From Eledone cirrhosa (Eukaryota): a DNA stretch of 64,000 nucleotides. The DNA is taken from assembly GCA_964016885.1 (NCBI GenBank), contig OZ024742.1, positions 357,988,001 to 358,052,000 of the forward strand. The letters run 5' to 3'. A program made the position numbers and the translations under genes. Numbering within the stretch: the stretch's first letter is position 1; every line of letters begins with the position of its first letter. Positions 30,561 to 45,100 of the stretch are shown piece by piece. Under the pieces are notes generated by a model. That model was not told the origin of the DNA. It saw only the letters and a list, made by a program, of their open reading frames with translations, and searched no databases.

Positions 30561-33500
30561 CAACAGATAAGACCATACTAATCACTGAGTCAGTATTACG
30601 ACATACTAGCTCAAGACATAAGACCATACTAATCACTGAGTCAATATTATCACATACTGGCTCAACAGATAAGACCATACTAAGGTCTGAGTCAGTATTA
30701 CCAAATACTGCCTCAACAGATAAGACCATACTAATCACTGAGTCAGTATTACCACATAGTGGCTCAACAGTTAAGACAATACTAATCACTAAGTCAGTAT
30801 TACCACATACTGGCAAACAGATAAGACAATACTAATCACTGAGTCGGTATTACCACATACTAGCTCAACAGATAAGACAATACTAATCCCTGAATCAGTA
30901 TTACGATATACAGGCTCAACAGCTAAGACCATACTAATTACTGAGTCAGTAGTACCATATAATAACTCAACAGATAAGACCATACTAATCACTGAGTCAG
31001 TATTACCACATACTGGGCTCAACAGGTAAGACCATACTAATCACTGAGTAAGTATTACCACATACTGGCTCAACAGATAAGACCATACAAATCACTGAGT
31101 TAGTCTTACCACATACTGGGCTCAACAGATAAGACCATACTAATCACTGAGTCAATATTATCTCATACTGTCTCAACAGATAAGACCATATTAATCATTG
31201 AGTCTGTATTACTACATCCTGGACTCAACAAATAGGACCATACTAAGCTCTGAATCAGTAGTACCACATACCGGCTCAATAGATAAGAACATACTAATCA
31301 CTGAGTCATTATTACCACATCCTGGGCTCCACAGATAGGACCATGCTAAGCTATGATACAGTAGTACCACATACTGGCTCAACAGATAAGACCATACTAA
31401 GCTCTGAGTCAGTAGTGCCACATACTGGCTGAACAGATAAGACAATACTAACCACTTAATCAGTATTACCACATACTGGCTGAACAGATAAGACCATACT
31501 AATCATTGAGTCAGTATTACCACCTACTAGCTCAACAGATAACACAATACTAATCACTGAGTCAGTATTACCACAAACAGGCTCAACAGATAAGACCATA
31601 CTAACCACTTAGTCAGTATTACCACATACTAGCTCAACAGATAAGACCATACTAATCACTGAGTCAGTATTACGACATAGTAGCTCAACAGATAAGACCA
31701 TACTAATCACTGAGTCAGTATTACCACATACTAGCTCAACAGATAAGACCATACTAATCACTGAGTCAAAAGTACCACATACTGGCTCAACAGATAAGAC
31801 CATACTAATCACGGATTCAGTATTACCACATACTGGCTCAACAGATAAGACCATACTAATCACTGAGTCATTATTACCACATACTGGCTCAACAGATAAG
31901 ACCATACTAACCACTGAGTCAGTAGTACCACATACTGGCTGAATAGATAACACCATACTAATCACTAAGTCAGTATTACCATAAACTAGCTCAACAGATA
32001 AGACCATACTAAGCTCTGAGTAAGTAGTACCACATACTGTCTCAACAGATAAGACCATACTAATCCCTGAGTAAGTAGTACCATATACTGGCTCAACAGA
32101 TAAGACCATACTAAGGTCTGAGTCAGTATTACCAGATACTGCCTCACAGATAAGACCATAATAACCACTGAGTCAGTATTACCACATACTAGCTCAATAG
32201 ATAATACTATACTGATCACTGAGTCAGTATTACCACATACTGACTCAACATATAAGACCATACTAATCACTGAGTCAGTATTACCACATAGTAGCTCAGC
32301 AGATAAGACAATACTAATCACTGAGTCGGTATTACGACATAAGTCTCAACAGCTAAAACCATGCTAATTACTGAGTCAGTAGTACCATATAATAACTCAA
32401 AAGATAAGACCATACTAATCACTGAGTCAGTATTACCACATACTGGGCTCAACAGATATGACCATACTAATCACTGAATAAGTATTACCACATACTGGCT
32501 CAACAGATAAGGCCATACTAATCACTGAGTCAGTATTACCACATACTGGGCTCAATAGATAAACCATACTAATCACTGAGTCAATATTATCACATACTGG
32601 CTCAACAGATAAGACCATACTAATCACTGAGTCAGTATTACCACATACTAGCTCAACAGATAAGACAATACTAATCACTGAGTCAGTATTACGATATACA
32701 TGCTCAACAGCTGAGACCATACTAATTACTGAGTCAGTAGTAGCATATGCTAACTCAACAGATAAGAACATACTAATCACTGAGTCAGTATTACCACATC
32801 CTGGACTCAACAGATAGGACCATACTAAGCTCTGAATCAGTAGTACCACATACTGGGCTCAACAGATAAGACCATACTAATCACTGAGTCAGTATTACCA
32901 CATCCTGGACTCAACAGATAGGACCATACTAAGCTCTGAATCAGTAGTACCACATACTGTCTCAACAGATAAGACCATACTAATCACTGAGTCGTTATTA
33001 CCACATCCTGGGCCCCACAGATAAGACCATGCTAAGCTCTGAGTCAGTAGTTCCACATACTGGCTCAAAAGATAAGACCATACTAACCACTGAGTCAATA
33101 TTACCACATACTGGCTCAACAGAGAAGACCATACTTAGTTCTGACTAAGTAGTACCATATACTGGCTCAACAGATAAGACAATACTAATCACGGAGACAG
33201 TATTACCACATACTGGGCTCAACAGATAAGACCATACTAATCACTGAGTCGGAATTACCACATACATTCTCAACAGATAAGACCATACTAATCACTGAGT
33301 CAGTATTACGACATACTAGCTCAACAGATAAGACCATACTAACCACTGAGTCAGTATTACCACATACAGGCTCAACAGATAACACCATACTAATCACTAA
33401 GTCAGTATTACCATATACTGGCTCAACAGAGAAGACCATACTAAGCTCTGACTAAGTAGTACCACATACTGGCTCAACAGATAAGACCATACTAATCTCT

Positions 33501-35499
33501 GAGTCAGTATTACCACATACTGGCTCAACAGATAAGACCATACTAATCACTGAGTCAGTATTACGACATACTAGCTCAACAGATAAGATCATACTAATCA
33601 CTGAGTCAGTATTACCACATACTAGCTCAACAGATAAGACCATACTAATTACTGAGTCAGTAGTACCACATACTGGCTCAACAGATAAAACCATACTAAT
33701 CACGGATTCAGTATTACCACATACTGGGCTCAACAGATAAGACCATACTAATCACTGAGTCATTATTACCACATACTGGCTCAACAGATAAGACCATACT
33801 AACCACTGAGTCAGTAGTACTACATACTGGCTGAACAGATAAGATCATACTAACCACTGAGTCAGTATTACCATATACTGGCTCAACAGATAAGACCATA
33901 CTAACCACTGAGTCAGTATTACCACATACTGGCTCAAAGGATGAGACCATACTATGCTCTGAGTAAGTAGTACCACATACTGGCTCAACAGATAAGACCA
34001 TACTAATTCCTGAGTAAGTAGTACCATATACTGGCTCAACAGATAAGACCATACTAAGGTCTGAGTCAGTATTACCAGATACTGCCTCAACAGATAAGAC
34101 CATACTAATCACTGAGTCAGTATTAAAAGTTACTGGCTCAACAGATAAGACCATAATAACCACTGAGTCAGTATTACGACATACTAGCTCAACAGATAAT
34201 ACTATACTGATCACTGAGTCAGCATTACCACATACTGACTCAACAGATAAGACCATACTAATCACTGAGTCAGTATTACGACATACAATCTCAACAGCTA
34301 AGACCATGCTAATTACTGAGTCAGTATTATCATATAATAACTCAACAGGTAAGACCATACTAATCACTGAGTCAGTATTACCACATACAGGGCTCAACAG
34401 ATAAGACCATACTAATCACTGAGTAAGTATTACCACATACTGGCTCAACAGATAAGGCCATATTAATCACTGAGTCAGTATTACCACATACTGGCTCATC
34501 AGATAAGACCATACTAATCACTGAGTCAGTATTGCGACATACTAGCTCAAAAGATAAGACCATACTAATCACTGAGTCAGTATTACCAAACAATGGCTCA
34601 ACAGATAAGACCATATTAATCAATGAGTCAGTATTACCACATACAGGCTCAACAGATAAGACCATACTAACCACTGAGTCAGTATTTCCACATACAGGCT
34701 CAACAGATAACACCATACTAATCACTAAGTCAGTATTACCATATTCTGGCTCAACAGAGAAGACCATACTAAGCTCTGACTAAGTAGTACCACATACTGG
34801 CTCAACAGATAAGACCATACTAAGCCTGAGTCAGTATTACCACATACTGGCTCAACAGATAAGACCATACTAATCACCGAGACAGTATTACCACATACTG
34901 GGCTCAACAGATAAGACCATACTAATCACTGAGTCAGTATTACCACAGAGTGGCTCAACAGTTAAGACAATACTAATCACTGAGTCAGTATTACCACATA
35001 CTGGCTCAACAGATAAGACAATACTAATCACTGAGTCGGTATTACCACATACTAGCTCAACAGATGAGACAATACTAATCACTGAGTCAGTATTACGACA
35101 TACAGGCTCAACAGCTGAGACCATACTAATTACTGAGTCAGTAGTACCATATACTAACTCAACAGATAAGAACATACTAATCACTGAGTCAGTATTACCA
35201 CATACTGGGCTCAACAGATAAGACCATACTAATCACTGAGTCAATATTATCTCATACTGTCTCAACAGATAAAACGATACTAATCACTGAGTCAGTATTA
35301 CCACATACTGGCTCAACAGATAAGACCATATTAATCATTGAGTCAGTATTACCACATCATGGACTCAACAGATAAGACCATACTAATCACTGAGTCATTA
35401 TTACCACATCCTGCGCTCCACAGATAGGACCATGCTAAGCTCTGAGTCAGTATTACCACATACTGGCTGAACAGATAAGACCATACTAATCACTAAGTC

Positions 35500-38400
35500 A
35501 ATATTACCACATACTAGCTCAAAAGATAACACAATACTAATCACTGAGTCAGTATTACCACATACATGCTCAACAGATAAGACCATACTAATCACTGAGT
35601 CAGTATTACGACATACAGGCTCAACAGATAAGACCATACTAATCACTGAGTCAGTATTACCACATACTGACTCAAAAGATGAGACCATACTAATCACTGA
35701 GTAAGTATTACCACATATTGGCTCAACAGATAAGACCATACTAATGATGGAGTCGGTATTACCACACACTAGCTCAACAGATAAGACCATACTAATCACT
35801 GAGTCAGTATTACGACATACTAGCTCAACAGATAAGATCATACTAATCACTGAGTCAGTATTACCACATACTAGCTCAACAGATAAGACCATACTAAGCT
35901 CTGAGTCAGTAGTACCACATACTGGCTCAACAGATAAAACCATACTATTCACGGATTCAGTATTACCACATACTGGGCTCAACAGATAAGACCATACTAA
36001 TCACTGAGTCATTATTACCACATACTGGCTCAACAGATAAGACCATACTAACCACTGAGTCAGTAGTACCACATACAGGCTGAACAGATAAGATCATACT
36101 AACCACTGAGTCAGTATTACCATATACTGGCTCAACAGATAAGACCATACTAACCACTGAGTCAGTATTACCACATACTGGCTCAACAGATAAGACCATA
36201 CTAAGCTCCGAGTAAGTAGTACCACATACTGGCTCAACAGATAAGACCATACTAATCCCTGAGTAAGTAGTACAATATACTGGCTCAACAGATAAGGCCA
36301 TACTAATCCCTGAGTAAGTAGTACCATATACTGACTCAACAGATAAGACCATACTAAGGTCTGAGTCAGTATTACCAGATACTGCCTCAACAGATAAGAC
36401 CATACTAATCACTGAGTCAGTATTAAAAGATACTGGCTCAACAGATAAGACCATAATAACCACTGAGTCAGTATTACGACATACTAGCTCAACAGATAAT
36501 ACTATACTGATCACTGAGTCAGCATTACCACATACTGACTCAACAGATAAGACCATACTAATCACTGAGTCAGTATTACGACATACAATCTCAACAGATA
36601 AGACCATGCTAATTACTGAGTCAGTAGTATCATATAATAACTCAACAGGTAAGACCATACTAATCACTGAGTCAGTATTACCACATACTGGCTCAACAGA
36701 TAAGGCCATACTAATCACTGAGTCAGTATTACCACATACTGGCTCAACAGATAAGACCATACTAATCACTGAGTCAGTATTGCGACATACTAGCTCAAAA
36801 GATAAGACCATACTAATCACTGAGTCAGTATTACCAAACAATGGCTCAACAGATAAGACCATATTAATCACTGAGTCAGTATTACCACATACAGGCTCAA
36901 CAGATAAGACCATACTAATCACTGAGTCAGAATTACCACATACATTCTCAACAGATAAGACCATACTAACCACTGAGTCAGTATTACCACATACAGGCTC
37001 AACAGATAACACCATACTAATCACTAAGTCAGTATTACCATATTCTAGCTCAACAGAGAAGACCATACTAAGCTCTGACTAAGTAGTACCACATACTGGC
37101 TCAACAGATAAGACCATACTAAGCCTGAGTCAGTATTACCACATACTGGCTCAACAGATAAGACCATACTAATCACCGAGACAGTATTACCACATACTGG
37201 GCTCAACAGATAAGACCATACTAATCACTGAGTCAGTATTACCACAGAGTGGCTCAACAGTTAAGACAATACTAATCACTGAGTCAGTATTACCACATAC
37301 TGGCTCAACAGATAAGACAATACTAATCACTGAGTCGGTATTACCACATACTAGCTCAAAAGATAACACAATACTAATCACTGAGTCAGTATTACCACAT
37401 ACATGCTCAACAGATAAGACCATACTAATCACTGAGTCAGTATTACGACATACAGGCTCAACAGATAAGACCATACTAATCACTGAGTCAGTATTACCAC
37501 ATACTGACTCAAAAGATGAGACCATACTAATCACTGAGTAAGTATTACCACATATTGGCTCAACAGATAAGACCATACTAATGATGGAGTCGGTATTACC
37601 ACACACTAGCTCAACAGATAAGACCATACTAATCACTGAGTCAGTATTACGACATACTAGCTCAACAGATAAGATCATACTAATCACTGAGTCAGTATTA
37701 CCACATACTAGCTCAACAGATAAGACCATACTAAGCTCTGAGTCAGTAGTACCACATACTGGCTCAACAGATAAAACCATACTATTCACGGATTCAGTAT
37801 TACCACATACTGGGCTCAACAGATAAGACCATACTAATCACTGAGTCATTATTACCACATACTGGCTCAACAGATAAGACCATACTAACCACTGAGTCAG
37901 TAGTACCACATACAGGCTGAACAGATAAGATCATACTAACCACTGAGTCAGTATTACCATATACTGGCTCAACAGATAAGACCATACTAACCACTGAGTC
38001 AGTATTACCACATACTGGCTCAACAGATAAGACCATACTAAGCTCCGAGTAAGTAGTACCACATACTGGCTCAACAGATAAGACCATACTAATCCCTGAG
38101 TAAGTAGTACAATATACTGGCTCAACAGATAAGGCCATACTAATCCCTGAGTAAGTAGTACCATATACTGACTCAACAGATAAGACCATACTAAGGTCTG
38201 AGTCAGTATTACCAGATACTGCCTCAACAGATAAGACCATACTAATCACTGAGTCAGTATTAAAAGATACTGGCTCAACAGATAAGACCATAATAACCAC
38301 TGAGTCAGTATTACGACATACTAGCTCAACAGATAATACTATACTGATCACTGAGTCAGCATTACCACATACTGACTCAACAGATAAGACCATACTAATC

Positions 38401-39190
38401 ACTGAGTCAGTATTACGACATACAATCTCAACAGATAAGACCATGCTAATTACTGAGTCAGTAGTATCATATAATAACTCAACAGGTAAGACCATACTAA
38501 TCACTGAGTCAGTATTACCACATACTGGCTCAACAGATAAGGCCATACTAATCACTGAGTCAGTATTACCACATACTGGCTCAACAGATAAGACCATACT
38601 AATCACTGAGTCAGTATTGCGACATACTAGCTCAAAAGATAAGACCATACTAATCACTGAGTCAGTATTACCAAACAATGGCTCAACAGATAAGACCATA
38701 TTAATCACTGAGTCAGTATTACCACATACAGGCTCAACAGATAAGACCATACTAATCACTGAGTCAGAATTACCACATACATTCTCAACAGATAAGACCA
38801 TACTAACCACTGAGTCAGTATTACCACATACAGGCTCAACAGATAACACCATACTAATCACTAAGTCAGTATTACCATATTCTAGCTCAACAGAGAAGAC
38901 CATACTAAGCTCTGACTAAGTAGTACCACATACTGGCTCAACAGATAAGACCATACTAAGCCTGAGTCAGTATTACCACATACTGGCTCAACAGATAAGA
39001 CCATACTAATCACCGAGACAGTATTACCACATACTGGGCTCAACAGATAAGACCATACTAATCACTGAGTCAGTATTACCACAGAGTGGCTCAACAGTTA
39101 AGACAATACTAATCACTGAGTCAGTATTACCACATACTGGCTCAACAGATAAGACAATACTAATCACTGAGTCGGTATTACCACATACTA
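35500..39190. repeat. 36-unit (1837-bp) tandem duplication
   Basis: Identical 367-aa ORFs at 35963 and 37800; private variant TATTCTAGCTC at ~37041 and ~38878. Confidence 0.93.
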
Positions 39191-42100
39191 GCTCAACAGA
39201 TGAGACAATACTAATCACTGAGTCAGTATTACGACATACAGGCTCAACAGCTGAGACCATACTAATTACTGAGTCAGTAGTACCATATACTAACTCAACA
39301 GATAAGAACATACTAATCACTGAGTCAGTATTACCACATACTGGGCTCAACAGATAAGACCATACTAATCACTGAGTCAATATTATCTCATACTGTCTCA
39401 ACAGATAAAACGATACTAATCACTGAGTCAGTATTACCACATACTGGCTCAACAGATAAGACCATATTAATCATTGAGTCAGTATTACCACATCCTGGAC
39501 TCAACAGATAAGACCATACTAATCACTGAGTCATTATTACCACATCCTGGGCTCCACAGATAGGACCATGCTAAGCTCTGAGTCAGTATTACCACATACT
39601 GGCTGAACAGATAAGACCATACTAATCACTAAGTCAATATTACCACATACTAGCTCAAAAGATAACACAATACTAATCACTGAGTCAGTATTACCACATA
39701 CATGCTCAACAGATAAGACCATACTAATCACTGAGTCAGTATTACGACATACAGGCTCAACAGATAAGACCATACTAATCACTGAGTCAGTATTACCACA
39801 TACTGACTCAAAAGATGAGACCATACTAATCACTGAGTAAGTATTACCACATATTGGCTCAACAGATAAGACCATACTAATGATGGAGTCGGTATTACCA
39901 CACACTAGCTCAACAGATAAGACCATACTAATCACTGAGTCAGTATTACGACATACTAGCTCAACAGATAAGATCATACTAATCACTGAGTCAGTATTAC
40001 CACATACTAGCTCAACAGATAAGACCATACTAAGCTCTGAGTCAGTAGTACCACATACTGGCTCAACAGATAAAACCATACTATTCACGGATTCAGTATT
40101 ACCACATACTGGGCTCAACAGATAAGACCATACTAATCACTGAGTCATTATTACCACATACTGGCTCAACAGATAAGACCATACTAACCACTGAGTCAGT
40201 AGTACCACATACTGGCTGAACAGATAAGATCATACTAACCACTGAGTCAGTATTACCATATACTGGCTCAACAGATAAGACCATACTAACCACTGAGTCA
40301 GTATTACCACATACTGGCTCAACAGATAAGACCATACTAAGCTCCGAGTAAGTAGTACCACATACTGGCTCAACAGATAAGACCATACTAATCCCTGAGT
40401 AAGTAGTACAATATACTGGCGCAACAGATAAGACCATACTAATCCCTGAGTAAGTAGTACCATATACTGACTCAACAGATAAGACCATACTAAGGTCTGA
40501 GTCAGTATTACCAGATACTGCCTCAACAGATAAGACCATACTAATCACTGAGTCAGTATTAAAAGATACTGGCTCAACAGATAAGACCATAATAACCACT
40601 GAGTCAGTATTACGACATACTAGCTCAACAGATAATACTATACTGATCACTGAGTCAGCATTACCACATACTGACTCAACAGATAAGACCATACTAATCA
40701 CTGAGTCAGTATTACGACATACAATCTCAACAGCTAAGACCATGCTAATTACTGAGTCAGTAGTATCATATAATAACTCAACAGATAAGACCATACTAAT
40801 CACTGAGTCAGTATTACCACATACTGGGCCCAACAGATAAGACCATACTAATCACTGAGTAAGTATTACCACATACTGGCTCAACAGATAAGGCCATACT
40901 AATCACTGAGTCAGTATTACCACATACTGGCTCAACAGATAAGACCATACTAATCACTGAGTCAGTATTGCGACATACTAGCTCAAAAGATAAGACCATA
41001 CTAATCACTGAGTCAGTATTACCAAACAATGGCTCAACAGATAAGACCATATTAATCACTGAGTCAGTATTACCACATACAGGCTCAACAGATAAGACCA
41101 TACTTATCACTGAGTCAGAATTACCACATACATTCTCAACAGATAAGACCATACTAACCACTGAGTCAGTATTACCACATACAGGCTCAACAGATAACAC
41201 CATACTAATCACTAAGTCAGTATTACCATATTCTGGCTCAACAGAGAAGACCATACTAAGCTCTGACTAAGTAGTACCACATACTGGCTCAACAGATAAG
41301 ACCATACTAAGCCTGAGTCAGTATTACCACATACTGGCTCAACAGATAAGACCATACTAATCACCGAGACAGTATTACCACATACTGGGCTCAACAGATA
41401 AGACCATACTAATCACTGAGTCAGTATTACCATAGAGTGGCTCAACAGTTAAGACAATACTAATCACTGAGTCAGTATTACCACATACTGGCTCAACAGA
41501 TAAGACAATACTAATCACTGAGTCGGTATTACCACATACTAGCTCAACAGATGAGACAATACTAATCACTGAGTCAGTATTACGACATACAGGCTCAACA
41601 GCTGAGACCATACTAATTACTGAGTCAGTAGTACCATATAATAACTCAACAGATAAGACCATACTAACCACTGAGTCAGTATTACCACATACTGGCTCAA
41701 CAGATAAGACCATACTAAGCTCTGAGTAAGTAGTACCACATACTGGCTCAACAGATAAGACCATACTAATCCCTGAGTAATTAGTACCATATACTGGTTC
41801 AACAGATAAGACCATACTAATCACTGAGTAAGTATTACCACATACTGGCTCAACAGATAAGACCATACAAATCACTGAGTTAGTCTTACCACATACTGGG
41901 CTCAACAGATAAGACCATACTAATCACTGAGTCAATATTATCTCATACTGTCTCAACAGATAGGACCATACTAAGCTCTGAATCAGTAGTAACACATACG
42001 GGCCCAACAGATAAGAACATACTAATCACTGAGTCATTATTACCACATTCTGGGCTCCACAGATAGGACCATGCTAAGCTCTGAGACAGTAGTCCCACAT

Positions 42101-45100
42101 ACTGGCTCAACAGATAAGACCATACTAAGCTCTGAGTCAGTAGTGCCACATACTGGCTGAACAGATAAGACCATACTAACCACTTAGTCAGTATTACCAC
42201 ATACTGGCTGAACAGATAAGACGATACTAATCACTGAGTCAGTATTACCACATACTAGCTCAACAGATAACACAATACTAATCACTGAGTCAGTATTACC
42301 ACATACAGGCTCAACAGATAAGTCCATACTAACCACTTAGTCAGTATTACGACATAGTAGCTCAACAGATAAGACCATACTAATCACTGTGTCAGTATTA
42401 CCACATACTAGCTCAACACATAAGACCATACTAATCACGGATTCAGTATTACCACATACTGGGCTCAACAGATAAGACCATACTAATCACTGAGTCATTA
42501 TTACCACATACTGCCTCAACAGATAAGACCATACTAACCACTGAGTCAGTAGTACCACATACTGGCTGAATAGATAACACCATACTAATCACTAAGTCAG
42601 TATTACCATATACTAGCTCAACAGATAAGACCATAGTAACCACTGAGTCAGTATTACCACATACTGGCTCAACAGATAAGACCATACTAAGCTCTGAGTA
42701 AGTAGTACCACATACTGGCTCAACAGATAAGACCATACTAATCCCTGAGTAATTAGTACCATATACTGGCTCAACAGATAAGACCATACTAAGGTCTGAG
42801 TCAGTATTACCAAATACTGCCTCAACATATAAGACCATACTAATCACTGAGTCAGTATTACAAGATACTGGCTCAACAGTTAAGACCATAATAACCACCG
42901 AGTCAGTATTACCACATACTAGCTCAACAGATAATACTATACTGATCACTGAGTCAGTATTACCACATACTGACTCAACAGATAAGACCATACTAATCAC
43001 TGAGTCAGTATTACCACATAGTAGCTCAGCAGATGAGACAATACTAATCACTGAGTCAGTATTACGACATACAGTCTCAACAGCTAAGACCATGCTAATT
43101 ACTGAGTCAGTAGTACCATATAATAACTCAACAGATAAGACCATACTAATCACTGAGTCAGTATTACCACATACTGGGCTCAACAGATAAGACCATACTA
43201 ATCACTGAGTAAGTATTACCACATACTGGCTCAACAGATAAGGCCATACTAATCACTGAGTCAGTATTACCACATACTGGGCTCAATAGATAAGACCATA
43301 CTAATCACTGAGTCAATATTATCAATTACTGGCTCAACAGATAAGACCATACTAATCACTGAGTCAGTATTACCACATACTAGCTCAACAGATAAGACAA
43401 TACTAATCACTGAGTCAGTATTACGACATACAGGCTCAACAGCTGAGACCATACTAATTACTGAGTCAGTAGTACCATATACTAACTCAACAGATAGGAC
43501 CATACTAAGCTCTGAATCAGTAGTACCACATACTGTCTCAACAGATAAGACCATACTAATCACTGAGTCATTATTACCACATCCTGGGCCCCACAGATAG
43601 GACCATGCTAAGCTCTGAGTCAGTAGTACCACATACTGGCTCAAAAGATAAGACCATACTAAGCTCTGAGTCAGTAGTACCACATACTGGCTGAACAGAT
43701 AAGGCCATACTAACCACTGAGTCAGTATTACGACATACTAGCTCAACAGATAAGACCATACTAATCACTGAGTCAGTATTACCACATACTGGCTCAACAG
43801 ATAAGACCATACTAATCACTGAGTCAGTATTACCACATACATTTTCAACAGATAAGACCATACTAATCACTGAGACAGTATTACCACATACTGGCTCAAC
43901 AGATAAGACCAGACTAATCACTGAGTCAGTATTACCACATACAGGCTCAACAGATAACACCATACTAATCATTAAGACAGTATTACCATATACTGGCTCA
44001 ACAGAGAAGACCATACTAAGCTCTGACTAAGTAGTACCACATACTGGCTCAACAGATAAGACAATACTAATCACTGAGACAGTATTACCACATACTGGGC
44101 TCAACAGATAAGACCATACTAATCACTGAGTCAGAATTACCACATACATTCTCAACAGATAAGACCATACTAATCACTGAGTCAGTATTACGACATACTA
44201 GCTCAACAGATAAGACCATACTAACCACTGAGTCAGTATTACCACATACAGGCTCAACAGATAACACCATACTAATACCTAAGTCAGTATTACCATATAC
44301 TGGCTCAACAGATAAGACGATACTAAGCTCTGAGTCAGTATTACCACATACTGGCTCAACAGATAAGACCATACTAATCACCGAGACAGTATTACCACTT
44401 ACTGGGCTCAACAGATAAGACCATACTAATCACTGAGTCAGTATTACCACATAATGGCTCAAAAGTTAAGACAATACTAATCACTGAGTCAGTATTACCA
44501 CATACTGGCTCAACAGATAAGACAATACTAATCACTGAGTCAGTATTACCACATACTAGCACAACAGATAAGACAATACTAAACACTGAGTCAGTATTAC
44601 GACATACAGGCTCAACAGATAAGACCATATTAATCATTGAGTCAGTATTACTACATCCTGGACTCAACAAATAGGACCATACTAAGCTCTGAATCAGTAG
44701 TACCACATACTGGCTCAACAGATAAGAACATACTAATCACTGAGTAAGTAGTACCACATACTGGCTCAACAGATAAGACCATACTAAGGTCTGAGTCAGT
44801 ATTACCAGATACTGCCTCAACAGATAAGACCATACTAATCACTGAGTCAGTATTACCACATACTGGGCTCAACAGATAAGACCATACTAATCACTGAGTA
44901 AGTATTACCACATACTGGCTCAACAGATAAGACCATACTAATCACTGAGTCAGTATTACGACATACTAGCTCAAGACATAAGACCATACTAATCACTGAG
45001 TCAATATTATCACATACTGGCTCAACAGATAAGACCATACTAAGGTCTGAGTCAGTATTACCAAATACTGCCTCAACAGATAAGACCATACTAATCACTG

